This document shows positions 29,401 to 37,580 of a stretch of 64,000 bases of DNA, piece by piece. The notes under the pieces were generated by a model. That model searched no databases and was not told the DNA's origin. It worked only from the letters and a program-made list of their open reading frames with translations. Both the position numbers and the translations under genes were made by a program. The DNA is from Burkholderiales bacterium. Lineage in GTDB: Bacteria > Pseudomonadota > Gammaproteobacteria > Burkholderiales > SG8-39. The DNA lies in the NCBI GenBank assembly GCA_049802235.1, contig JBARMB010000096.1, forward strand, positions 7,473 to 71,472, given 5' to 3'. Positions within the stretch are counted from its first letter, which is position 1, and each line of letters opens with the position of its first letter.

Positions 29401-32400
29401 TTTCAGCGTCACCGGCGCGCTGACCGGCGGCGGCAACTCGACCGGCGGTCTCTCGCTTTCTCTCGGCGGCGGCGGTGGACCGGCAACCGGTGCAGATGAA
29501 ATCACCGTGCGCAACGCCGGCGTGATCGATACATCGGGCGCGAGCTCGCACGGCATCCTGGCGCAGAGCGTCGGCGGCGGCGGCGGCAACGGCGGCTTCG
29601 CTGGTGCCCTCACCTTCAGCTTCAGCAAGCCCGACGACAAGGAAGGCGGCGGCAAGAGCCTCGCGGTCGCTGCTGCGGTCGGCGGTAGCGGCGGCAATGG
29701 CGGCGATGCGAAGAAAGCGACCGTCATCAATTCGGGCGCGATCACGACGCATGCGGACGATTCGTCCGGCATCAAGGCGCAAAGCCTCGGCGGTGGCGGC
29801 GGCAACGGCGGCTTCGGTCTCGCATTGACGTTGGGAACTGGAGAGAAGTCGGGCAACCTCGGCGTTGCGATCGGCGGTTGCGCGTTCTCCGGCGTCGCAG
29901 AGGGTCAAGACTGCGCAGGCGGCGTCGGCGGCGAAGTCCGGGTCGTGAACGACGGCAGCATCGGAACGTTCGGCAACAACGCCGACGGCATTTCCGCGAA
30001 GAGCCTGGGCGGCGGCGGTGGCGATGGCGGATTCGCGGTGGCCGGATCGCTCGGTGCGTCGTTGCCTAAGCCTTGCGAGGCGGGCAAGACCTGCAACTCG
30101 AAAACACTCAATGCGCAAGTCGCGGTAGGCATCGGCGGCTTCGGCGGCGACGGCAGCGAATCGAGCAAGGTCACGGTCGAGAACTCCGGACGCATCGCGA
30201 CGCACGGTGACGATTCGATCGGCATTCGCGCCGAAAGCATCGGCGGCGGCGGCGGCGACGGCGGATTCAGTTTCGCCGGCGCGCTCGGTGGTCGCGAGTC
30301 GAAGAACATCGCGGTAAGCATCGGCGGCTTCGGCGGTCGCGGTGGCCAGGCGGGCGACGTCGAAGTGCGCAATGACGGGCTGATCCTGACCGACGGCGTG
30401 CGCGCGAGCGGCATTTACGCCGACAGCGTAGGCGGTGGCGGCGGCAACGGCGGCTTCGCCGGTACGCTCGTCTTCGGGCTGCCCGGCAAACCGAACACCA
30501 ACGCGGGCGCCAATGTCAGCGCGAGCTTCAACCTCGGCGGCGCCGGCGGCGACGGCGCCACGGGCGGCGCGGTCACGGTGACGGGCGGCGGCAGCATCGT
30601 CACGCTTGGCGACAATGCGCATGGCGTCTTCGCGCACAGCATCGGCGGCGGCGGCGGTAACGGCGGCTCGACCCTTCAGCTCGTGCTCGGCCAGGAAGCC
30701 GTCAAGGAAGGCACGTCGGTGAACATCGGCGTGAATATCGGCGGCGCCGCCGGCGACGGCAGCCATGGCGGCAACGTCACCGTGAATCGCGGCGGCGACA
30801 TCGTCACGCTCGGGACGGAATCGACCGGCATCTTCGCGCAGAGCGTCGGACACGGCGGCGGCGTCGGCGGCAACGCCAACTCGTTCAGCTTCTTCAAGGA
30901 GCAGAAGGAAGGCGGCACCAACGTCAACATTGCCGTTGCAGTCGGCGGCAACGGCGGCGGCGCCGGCAACGGCGGCATCGTCAGCGTGACCAATACGGGC
31001 AACATCACGACCGTCGGCGATCAGTCGCCGGGCATCTACGCGCAAAGCATCGGCGGCGGAGGTGGGAACGGCGGCAACGGCGCGTTCGGCTTCGGCGGCG
31101 TCGTCCCGAGCGCGATCGCGGACAAGATCGCCGAAGGGCTGGACGTCATCCTCGAGCTGCGCGAACTGGATCAGTATCGCCGCACGGCGAAGAAGGACAA
31201 GCTCAAGGGCGTCGCGGAAAATTACTTGACGAGCTGGGACGTCAGCGTCGGTGGCAGCCAAGGCGCGAGCGGTTCGGGCGGTGCAGTCACGGTGGCGAAC
31301 ACCGGCAACATCAGAACGCTGGGAGACGATTCGGCCGGCATCTTCGCGCAGAGCGTCGGCGGCGGTGGTGGTGTGGGCGGATCGGCGGACGCCGGTTTAC
31401 TCGGCAAGATCTCGGTCGCAGGCGGCGCCGGTAGCGCGGGAACGGGCGGCGACGTGTCGGTCACGCAAGTGGGCGATATCGAAACCGGCGCGGCGTCGGA
31501 AGAAGATCTTGTCTCAGGCAAGCGCTCGCACGGTATCTACGCGGAAAGCGTCGGCGGCGGCGGCGGGATGTCCGGCGACGTCAATCGCTCGGCGAAATCG
31601 CTGGGACTCAACATCGGCCTCGGCATCTCGTTCGGCCGCGGCGGCGGCAATTCCGGCAACGGCGGTGCGGTCACCGTTGATTATACCGGCAACATCACGA
31701 CGCGCGGCGAAGGCGCCACGGGCATCTTCGCGCAGAGCGTCGGCGGCGGCGGCGGCGACGTCGGCGATCTGTGCAACAACCCGCTCAATTTGCCCGAGGG
31801 CGGATGCGCAGGACTGGGCAGTGGCGCGGGCAGCGCGGGCGATATCGGCAACAACCCGCTCGGAATCGCCGGCAGCGGCGGTGGCGCCGGCGACGGCGGC
31901 AAGGTGACCGTCACCAGCCGCGGAACGATCCGCACGTACGGCCTCGAGGCGCACGGCATCTTTGCGCAGAGCGTCGGCGGCGGCGGCGGTAAGGCTGGCG
32001 GGTTTTGGGGCAGCGTCGGCGGCGACGGCGCGGCCGGCGATATCACCGTCGCGCACACGGGCAGCATCTACACCTTCGGCGACGGCGCGCACGGTGTACT
32101 CGCGCAGAGCCGCGCCGGGACGAATGGCAAATCGGGCGGCAACGTGACCGTCACGCTGAACGGCAACGTCGTCGCGATGGGACGTAACGCCGACGGTATC
32201 CGCGCGCAGAGCGCCGGCGGCGGCGAGCTTGAAGTGCCGGTCTTCGATGCCTTCGGTGTGCTCACCGGCCACGAGATGCACACGTTCGACCGCCACAACG
32301 GCGCGATCACGATGAACGTCGGAAGCGGCACCGTCGCTGGCAGCGGACTCGCGGCGGGCAGCACCGGATTCGGCGGCGTCGGCGTGCGCTTCATCGACGG

Positions 32401-34099
32401 TGCCATGGATGGCGACGCCAACGTCACACCGAACGTGCTGAACAATTCAGGAACGATCACTACGCTGAGCGGCGCGAACGGATGGGCGATCGTCGGCGGT
32501 GCCGGTCGCGAGACAATCAACAACTTCGGTATCGTCACCGGCTCGATCGATCTCGGTGCGGGCAGCAACACGTTCAACAACAAGTCGGGCGCAATACTGA
32601 ACGCCGGCCCGACGCTCAACTTGGGTTCCGGCAATTCGCTCAACAACGCGGGCACGCTCGCCCCCGGCGGAGCCGGCGTTGTCCAGAGGTCGACGCTGAC
32701 AGGGAACCTGGTGCAGACGCGCTCGGGCAGCTTGAGCGTGGAATTGGACACCGCGCATGCCAGTGCAGACCGCGTCGATGCCAGCGGCACCGCGAATCTA
32801 GCGGGAACCGTGCACGCCAGCGTATTCAATCCGGGCTACGTCATGCCCGGTACACATCGATTCACGATCCTGTCGAGCGCCGGCGGCGTCACGAACTCGG
32901 GGCTCGGTCTGGTCGCTCCGCCTTCGGCTGTCGCCCGCTACGATCTCGCCTACCCCAACGCAACCGATGTCCAGGTCGGCCTGACAGTCGATTACGTGGC
33001 GCCGAACCTCAACGGCAATCAGACGGCGGTCGGCGACTACATCAATGCGATCCAGCGCGCCGGCGGCTCCGACAGCTTCGCATCGATCGCCAGCGCGCTG
33101 CTCGCGATGCCGGACGCGCAGAGCCTTGCGGCTGTGTACGACCGGTTGAGCCCGGAGGCATATCTAGGCACTGTGACCGCGATGTCCGCATCCAATCACC
33201 AGTTCAACAACGCGTTGCACAGTTGTCGAGTGCCGGACGGCGAGTTCCGCTTCGTGCGGGAAGACGAGTGCTGGTGGATGCGCGCGTCGGGGCGCACGCT
33301 CGACCGCGAACGCTCGCCACAGGCGATCGGCTTTCGCGAGGACGCATTTGGCGTGGCGGGCGGCATGCAACGTGCGATCGGCGCGGATTGGCATGCCGGC
33401 TTTGGCTTGTCGTACGAAGACAGCACGCTGAACGTCGCTGACGGATTCGGCAGGAGCAATGGAGATCGATATCAAGTTGGCCTGATAATGAAACGGGGTT
33501 TTGGTGCAACCACCCTGTCCGGATCGGCTAGCCTCGCGCTCGGCCGTTATCACACCACCCGTATCGTCGATCTTCCAGTGCCTGGCACGACGGCGAAAGG
33601 CACGCAGGAAATCACGGTCGCGTCGGGGCAGTTCCGTCTTGCGCACGACTTCGAGCGTACGGACTGGTACGTACGACCGATGATCGATTTCGCAGTCAGT
33701 AGCGCGCGCCTTGGGGGGTTCGAAGAGTCCGGCGCGGGTGGGGCAAACCTTCATGTCGCAAGCAGCGATTACACCTACGTGAGCCTTCGTCCAGCGGCTG
33801 AAGTCGGTGGCGAGCTCATGCTGAAGGATGGCACGCTGGTCCGGCCGTTCTTTCAGCTCGGCGTTACTCACTACGTATCAGGCGGCAATCCGCAGATAAC
33901 GGCAACCATGGAAGGTGCGCCCGCAGGCGTGGCGCCTTTCAATGTGACCGCCGAAACGGACAAGACATTTGCCGCGCTGTCAATCGGCGTCGACCTGATC
34001 AACAGGGAAGGCCACAATTTGCGGCTGAGCACTTTTGGCGAGTATTCCCGTCACACCAGCGGGTATGGCGTGAGCCTCAAGCTTTCGATACCGTTCTAG
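26441..34099 (+). CDS. Giant (2552 aa) type Va autotransporter with a glycine-repeat passenger
   Basis: It has a signal peptide (MWLVRGGLLFGVVWTIAESAYA). The passenger carries about 25-27 repeats of the T.G..S.GI.AQS.GGGGG.GG type. The C-terminal ~280 aa look like an autotransporter beta-barrel and end in ...GVSLKLSIPF. Confidence 0.85.
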   Translation: MATHTRFGASMWLVRGGLLFGVVWTIAESAYAGPGACAPANPPNASEVTCTGDQSGGIKSGVDFQSPPVTTLNVDTAVRPATTGTPGIDFRNDAGAALIIRGGSPQQSIVITTSGDNAGAMLGESRGTPVGTQTLFGLAFPVGVGGSGGAVSIFNSSAITTDGSTAHGIAAQSRAGGYSDETIAFLQSMRSTNNAGFSIVSVSEQAGSVGQSVAGSNGGAFTLNANGSYSYSLTGDQFTNLAVGRSLLTSVSYRVSWSGTTDLDSDAVLTLKVTKRADGGFDVVPDVFFMAYGPSATAATTLRPDLVSYYDALLRDVAVGGVGSDVVVTSGGTIETRGQNSFGIYAQSKGGQGAAGGGGIFNGSAGVAGGAARTITVTNHSGIVTHGAGSHGIVARSIGGDGGRGGGSGIAGKGGNGGAGGASGLVSIFNDASITTENASAIGIFAQSLAGAGGSGGGGGALGGTGGTGGDTPLAGDVSITNSGDIDTSGSDSHGVLAQSVGGFSGSGGGATGIVAFGGSGGHAGNAGTVTVVNSGVVTTRGGDAHALLAQSIGGGGGSAGSGYGLVGLGGEGSNGGNGGAVIVTNNASLNALGANSRGIYAQSIGGGGGDGGNSGALVAIGGKGSTTSDGGAVTVTNNAAISASSNALYAQSTGGGGGSGGTSGGLVSIGGGGGGGGAGKSVDVTNSGNLTTFEFNSAAIYAQSLGGGGGNGGAAVSAGAFGSVAIGGSGGLGGAGGKVTVQSGAVEIVTGADFANGVLPERTRCGDAPAGETPDRAACGDGGKGIFAQSLGGGGGNGGYAVAASAGKGFSASIGVGGSGGGGGGGDTVNVYSQSNITTQGSNAEGLFAQSLGGGGGSGGFAVAASGSDGLAVSISVGGSGGTGGAGSIVTVGTATDPIRGRIETSGDNSSGVLAQSVGGGGGNAGFSVAGTVGRFAASFAMGGQGGVGGIGSTVSVDSRANITTHGLLSSGITAQSIGGGGGNGGFSVTGALTGGGNSTGGLSLSLGGGGGPATGADEITVRNAGVIDTSGASSHGILAQSVGGGGGNGGFAGALTFSFSKPDDKEGGGKSLAVAAAVGGSGGNGGDAKKATVINSGAITTHADDSSGIKAQSLGGGGGNGGFGLALTLGTGEKSGNLGVAIGGCAFSGVAEGQDCAGGVGGEVRVVNDGSIGTFGNNADGISAKSLGGGGGDGGFAVAGSLGASLPKPCEAGKTCNSKTLNAQVAVGIGGFGGDGSESSKVTVENSGRIATHGDDSIGIRAESIGGGGGDGGFSFAGALGGRESKNIAVSIGGFGGRGGQAGDVEVRNDGLILTDGVRASGIYADSVGGGGGNGGFAGTLVFGLPGKPNTNAGANVSASFNLGGAGGDGATGGAVTVTGGGSIVTLGDNAHGVFAHSIGGGGGNGGSTLQLVLGQEAVKEGTSVNIGVNIGGAAGDGSHGGNVTVNRGGDIVTLGTESTGIFAQSVGHGGGVGGNANSFSFFKEQKEGGTNVNIAVAVGGNGGGAGNGGIVSVTNTGNITTVGDQSPGIYAQSIGGGGGNGGNGAFGFGGVVPSAIADKIAEGLDVILELRELDQYRRTAKKDKLKGVAENYLTSWDVSVGGSQGASGSGGAVTVANTGNIRTLGDDSAGIFAQSVGGGGGVGGSADAGLLGKISVAGGAGSAGTGGDVSVTQVGDIETGAASEEDLVSGKRSHGIYAESVGGGGGMSGDVNRSAKSLGLNIGLGISFGRGGGNSGNGGAVTVDYTGNITTRGEGATGIFAQSVGGGGGDVGDLCNNPLNLPEGGCAGLGSGAGSAGDIGNNPLGIAGSGGGAGDGGKVTVTSRGTIRTYGLEAHGIFAQSVGGGGGKAGGFWGSVGGDGAAGDITVAHTGSIYTFGDGAHGVLAQSRAGTNGKSGGNVTVTLNGNVVAMGRNADGIRAQSAGGGELEVPVFDAFGVLTGHEMHTFDRHNGAITMNVGSGTVAGSGLAAGSTGFGGVGVRFIDGAMDGDANVTPNVLNNSGTITTLSGANGWAIVGGAGRETINNFGIVTGSIDLGAGSNTFNNKSGAILNAGPTLNLGSGNSLNNAGTLAPGGAGVVQRSTLTGNLVQTRSGSLSVELDTAHASADRVDASGTANLAGTVHASVFNPGYVMPGTHRFTILSSAGGVTNSGLGLVAPPSAVARYDLAYPNATDVQVGLTVDYVAPNLNGNQTAVGDYINAIQRAGGSDSFASIASALLAMPDAQSLAAVYDRLSPEAYLGTVTAMSASNHQFNNALHSCRVPDGEFRFVREDECWWMRASGRTLDRERSPQAIGFREDAFGVAGGMQRAIGADWHAGFGLSYEDSTLNVADGFGRSNGDRYQVGLIMKRGFGATTLSGSASLALGRYHTTRIVDLPVPGTTAKGTQEITVASGQFRLAHDFERTDWYVRPMIDFAVSSARLGGFEESGAGGANLHVASSDYTYVSLRPAAEVGGELMLKDGTLVRPFFQLGVTHYVSGGNPQITATMEGAPAGVAPFNVTAETDKTFAALSIGVDLINREGHNLRLSTFGEYSRHTSGYGVSLKLSIPF

Positions 34100-34158
34100 A
34101 GGCACGTGGTGCCGGGTGAGAACCCGGCCGCGCGGATCTTCCAGGCGCCGTCCCCGGC

Positions 34159-34563
34159 ATGACAGCCGGGATCGCCCGATCCAGGCGGCGGCGCGCGCTC
34201 GGGATCAAGACCCTGCTCGTTTCGAGCGGATTCACCTTCTTCACCGAGCGCCTGAAGGAACGCCTTGCGCTCGACTACACGCTGTCGAACACGCTCGAAA
34301 TCCGTGACGGCAAACTCACCGGCAAAGCGTTGGCGCCCATCGTCGACGCGCAAGCTAAGGCCGCGAAACTGCGCGAACTGCGCGACGGGCTGCGGCTCAC
34401 GCGCGACCAGGTCATCGCCATCGGCGACGGCGCGAACGACCTTGCGATGATGGCGGAAGCCGGCGTTTCTATCGCGTATCACGCCAAGCCGGTGGTGCGG
34501 GAGAAAGCGACTTACTGTTTCGACTATGTCGGGTTGGATGGGTTGTTGAATCTTTACGCCTAG
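34159..34563 (+). pseudogene. serB: Second, 5'-truncated and divergent copy of the serB 3' half
   Basis: LGIKTLLVSSGFTFFTERLKERLALDY...IAIGDGANDLAMMAEAGVSIAYHAKPVVREKATYCFDYVGLDGLLNLYA. The last 27 aa are identical to full-length SerB, and the last ~90 nt are about 87% identical by eye. The upstream part is only ~60% identical at the protein level. Confidence 0.75.
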
Positions 34564-34699
34564 TCCCTCCAATCACTAAGGAGCCGCGCGTCGGTAGCAA
34601 TTTCGGGAGTAGACTTCGCACTTCCAACGGAGGCACATATCGAGGCTCCCAAGAGAGACAGAACATACGCTTCGCCATCTGAGGACCGCTGGGTCTCAC

Positions 34700-34990
34700 T
34701 ATGGCGGCTATGTCTGGCTGACGAACAACGCCGGCGTGAGCTGGCAGATGCGCCTGGCGCTGATCGCCGCGATGGCGGGCTTCTCACGATGGCGATGGCG
34801 ATTCCGGAGGTGTTCGGCGCCGGGGCGCTGACGTTCGGGCTTTCCTGTCTTTTCGTCGTCGCGCTTCATCCCGGGGCCTTTGCGTTGAAGGGCGAAGGCG
34901 CAGCGGCAAAAGCGATCTTCGGCATAGCCCCTTTCAACCTGCCCGCTTCCGGTCTCATCGCGGGACTGGCTTCATCCCGGACCCGATCGC
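34700..34990 (+). pseudogene. Relic of a polytopic membrane protein gene (LtrA-like?), frameshifted and truncated
   Basis: YGGYVWLTNNAGVSWQMRLALIAAMAGF continues after a +1 shift near 34784 as (L)TMAMAIPEVFGAGALTFGLSCLFVVALH. There is no start and no proper end. The family assignment rests on memory of LtrA proteins. Confidence 0.35.
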
Positions 34991-35004
34991 GGGACCTCTT
35001 GCGG

Positions 35005-35033
35005 GGTACATATAATGTATATATTATCCGGGA
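35005..35033 (+). promoter_or_regulatory. Candidate brnTA promoter/operator
   Basis: An AT-rich island, GTACATATAATGTATATATTATCC, sits in GC-rich DNA. It has TATAAT at 35011-35016 and a small TACAT/ATGTA dyad, 18 nt upstream of the brnT ATG. Confidence 0.35.
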
Positions 35034-35300
35034 ATGCGGTTCCGGTACGACCCCGCCAAGGCCACCGCCAATTTCAAGCAACACGGCGTCGCCTTCGCGG
35101 ATGCCGAGGGTGTTTTCCAGGACCCGCTCGCTCTTACCCAGGAAGACCCGGATGCGGAGGGCGAACGGCGCTTTATCGCCGTCGGGGTGGGGAGCGCAGG
35201 CGACTTACTGGTCGTGGTCTATACGATGCGTGGCGAAGACGTGCGCCTGATCTCGGCCCGCCGAGCCACGCGAAAGGAACGGAAAACCTATGAGAGCTGA
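35034..35300 (+). CDS. brnT: BrnT-family (DUF497) type II toxin
   Basis: 88 aa. MRFRYDPAKATANFKQHGVAFADAEGVF...RLISARRATRKERKTY is the BrnT signature. Confidence 0.85.
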   Translation: MRFRYDPAKATANFKQHGVAFADAEGVFQDPLALTQEDPDAEGERRFIAVGVGSAGDLLVVVYTMRGEDVRLISARRATRKERKTYES

Positions 35301-35697
35301 ATACGATTTTTCAAAAGGCAAACGGGGCGCGGTCATCCCGCAAAAGGGCAAAACGCGGATTTCCATTTTCATCGACAACTCCGTGCTCGACGAATTCAGG
35401 GCGCGCGCGGAGAAAGCCGGCACCGGCTATCAAACGATGATGAACGAAGCGCTGCGGAGCTATCTTTCCGAGACCGATCAACTGGTCACCGAAAAAGTAT
35501 TGCGCCAGGTGCTGCGGCAGGAGATGCCGGAATACCTGAATCGGAACACCCAGTACCGCAAGGCTCGACAAGAGTTTACTGCGCGAGGACTCGCGAGCGC
35601 CGCTCGAGCCAGGAAAACCGGCAAGTATGTCCCGGCCGACAAGGTGATCGGGAAGCTCGCCCGCAAGCTGGTCAAGGCCAAGGAACGCGCGGCTTAG
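35290..35697 (+). CDS. brnA: BrnA-family antitoxin with an extra ~70-aa C-terminal extension
   Basis: The N-terminal 64 aa (EYDFSKGKRGAVIPQKGKTRISIFIDNSVLDEFRARAEKAGTGYQTMMNEALRSYL) form a complete BrnA RHH module. It overlaps brnT by 11 nt and ends 4 nt before the ParE start. Confidence 0.8.
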   Translation: MRAEYDFSKGKRGAVIPQKGKTRISIFIDNSVLDEFRARAEKAGTGYQTMMNEALRSYLSETDQLVTEKVLRQVLRQEMPEYLNRNTQYRKARQEFTARGLASAARARKTGKYVPADKVIGKLARKLVKAKERAA

Positions 35698-35701
35698 ATC
35701 G

Positions 35702-36004
35702 GTGAAACACTACAGGGTCCGCTTCACGCTGGAGGCGGAAGACGATTTGTTGCGTCTCTACGACTTCCTGCTGGAAAAGAACCTGGCTGCGGCAGAGCGG
35801 GCGTTCGAAGCGATCAGAGAAGCCGTCGAATTGCTGCGCTTCTCGCCGTTCTCCTGCCGCAAGGTGCTCAGGGACAATCCGTTCCTGAGGGAACTCGTCA
35901 TTCCCTTCGGCTCCGCAGGCTATGTGGCGTTGTTCGAAATCGAGACCGGCAACAAGGTCAACATTCTGGCTGTACGGCATCAGCGGGAGGAAGACTACCT
36001 GTGA
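35702..36004 (+). CDS. RelE/ParE-family type II toxin
   Basis: 100 aa with a GTG start. Typical ParE features are HYRVRFTLEAEDDLLRLYDFL..., PFSCRKV and NILAVRHQREEDYL. Confidence 0.8.
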   Translation: MKHYRVRFTLEAEDDLLRLYDFLLEKNLAAAERAFEAIREAVELLRFSPFSCRKVLRDNPFLRELVIPFGSAGYVALFEIETGNKVNILAVRHQREEDYL

Positions 36005-36011
36005 GGACCGG

Positions 36012-37382
36012 CTACGCCGCCTTCGGCACCGCCGGCAGCCCGGCCAGCACCTGGGCGAGCGCCTTCTCGTCGTAATCCCGGTCCTCAAGTTTCCCGGCGA
36101 AGTAGTCGGTATAGGCCTGCATGTCGAAGTGGCCGTGTCCGGAGAGATTGAAAAGGATGGTGCGGCCGCGGCCTTCGCTGCGGCATTTGAGCGCCTCGTC
36201 GATTGCGCAGCGTATGGCGTGGCTCGACTCGGGCGCCGCGACGATCCCCTCGGCGCGCGCGAATTGCACTGCCGCCTCGAAACATTTCGTCTGCTGGTAG
36301 GCCACGGCCTCGATCAGACCCAGTTCCTTGAGGTGCGAAACGAGCGGCGACATGCCGTGGTAGCGCAAGCCGCCGGCGTGGAAACCCGGCGGCGTGAAGG
36401 TCGAGCCGAGCGTGTACATCTTGACCAGCGGCGTGAGGTGGGCGGTGTCGCCGAAATCGAAGGCGTACTTGCCGCGCGTGAGCGAGGGGCAGGCGGCGGG
36501 TTCCACCGCGATCAGGCGGCGCTTCCTGCCGCCGCGCAGTTGCGCGCCGAGGAAGGGGAAGGCGAGCCCGGCGAAGTTGGAGCCGCCCCCGGCGCAGGCG
36601 ATGAGGATGTCGGGGTCGTCGCCCGCCATCTCCATCTGCGCCATCGCCTCGATGCCGATCACCGTCTGGTGCATGAGGACGTGGTTGAGCACCGAACCCA
36701 GGGAATACTTGGTGTCGTCGTGGGTCGCCGCGACTTCGACAGCTTCTGATATCGCGATGCCGAGGCTCCCCGGGTGCTTCGGGTCCTGCGCCAAGATCGC
36801 ACGCCCGGACTGCGTTTCGCTCGAGGGCGAGGCGATGCATTTTGCTCCGTAGGTCTCCATCAGCGCGCGGCGATAGGGCTTCTGGTCGTAGGACACCCGC
36901 ACCATGAAGACCTTGATGTCGATGCCGAAGAGCGCGCCGGCGAAGGCGAGCGACGAGCCCCACTGGCCGGCGCCGGTCTCGGTCGCGATCTTCTTGATGC
37001 CCGCCTGGGCGTTGTAGAACGCCTGCGGCACGGCGGTATTGGGCTTGTGGCTGCCCGAGGGCGAGACGCCTTCATATTTGTAGTAGATCTTCGCCGGTGT
37101 CTGCAGCACCTTTTCCAGCCGCCGCGCGCGATAGAGCGGCGATGGCCGCCATTGCCGGTACACCTCGCGCACGGGCTCGGGAATGTCGATTTCCCGCTCG
37201 GTGCTCACCTCCTGCATGATGAGCGCCATCGGAAAGAGCGGCGCGAGGTCGTCGGGCCCGATCGGCTGCAGCGTCCCGGGATGCAGCACCGGCGGCGGCG
37301 GCGAAGGCAGGTCCGCGACGATGTTGTACCAGCGCTTCGGGATGCGGGTTTCGTCGAGGACGTACTTCACCGTGTCGGTCAT
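36012..37382 (-). CDS. TrpB-like PLP-dependent enzyme (TrpB2 / tryptophan synthase beta-like)
   Basis: 456 aa. [42 protein letters not shown] and the GGGSNFAG motif are typical of the long TrpB2 clade. No trpA is adjacent. Confidence 0.85.
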   Translation of the reverse strand: MTDTVKYVLDETRIPKRWYNIVADLPSPPPPVLHPGTLQPIGPDDLAPLFPMALIMQEVSTEREIDIPEPVREVYRQWRPSPLYRARRLEKVLQTPAKIYYKYEGVSPSGSHKPNTAVPQAFYNAQAGIKKIATETGAGQWGSSLAFAGALFGIDIKVFMVRVSYDQKPYRRALMETYGAKCIASPSSETQSGRAILAQDPKHPGSLGIAISEAVEVAATHDDTKYSLGSVLNHVLMHQTVIGIEAMAQMEMAGDDPDILIACAGGGSNFAGLAFPFLGAQLRGGRKRRLIAVEPAACPSLTRGKYAFDFGDTAHLTPLVKMYTLGSTFTPPGFHAGGLRYHGMSPLVSHLKELGLIEAVAYQQTKCFEAAVQFARAEGIVAAPESSHAIRCAIDEALKCRSEGRGRTILFNLSGHGHFDMQAYTDYFAGKLEDRDYDEKALAQVLAGLPAVPKAA

Positions 37383-37580
37383 GGCGCTCTCCCTCGTTAT
37401 GCTTGCGGGTATTCTGCGCGCGGGATCGCGGGATTGGCAACACGGGTCGCGTCACACGGCCGGAATCCCGTCCTGATCGGAAAGCTCGAGCTCAGACGGG
37501 ACGCCGCGCCGTCGCTTCTCGATGCGATGAGAATCCGCGCTGAGGCGGTTACGCAAGCTCAACGGGCGACCGGGGTACGG

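Noticed and set aside
27400-32300. Highly repetitive GGCGGCGGC-rich DNA considered as a satellite or CRISPR-like repeat.
   Set aside because: It lies in one continuous 2552-codon frame with a signal peptide and a beta-barrel. The periodicity is at the protein-module level (Gly runs), not a fixed nucleotide repeat with spacers.
34789-35250. 153-aa ORF spanning the membrane-gene relic and overlapping brnT.
   Set aside because: Its N-terminal half is the frameshifted continuation of the LtrA-like relic. Its C-terminal half is out of frame with the clearly conserved BrnT ORF.
25230-36010. Search for an integrase, transposase, phage or conjugation genes that would define the serB-associated insert as a classical genomic island.
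   Set aside because: None of the six-frame ORFs in this interval shows tyrosine or serine recombinase, DDE transposase or phage structural motifs. The region is therefore described only as an insert or decayed accessory patch.
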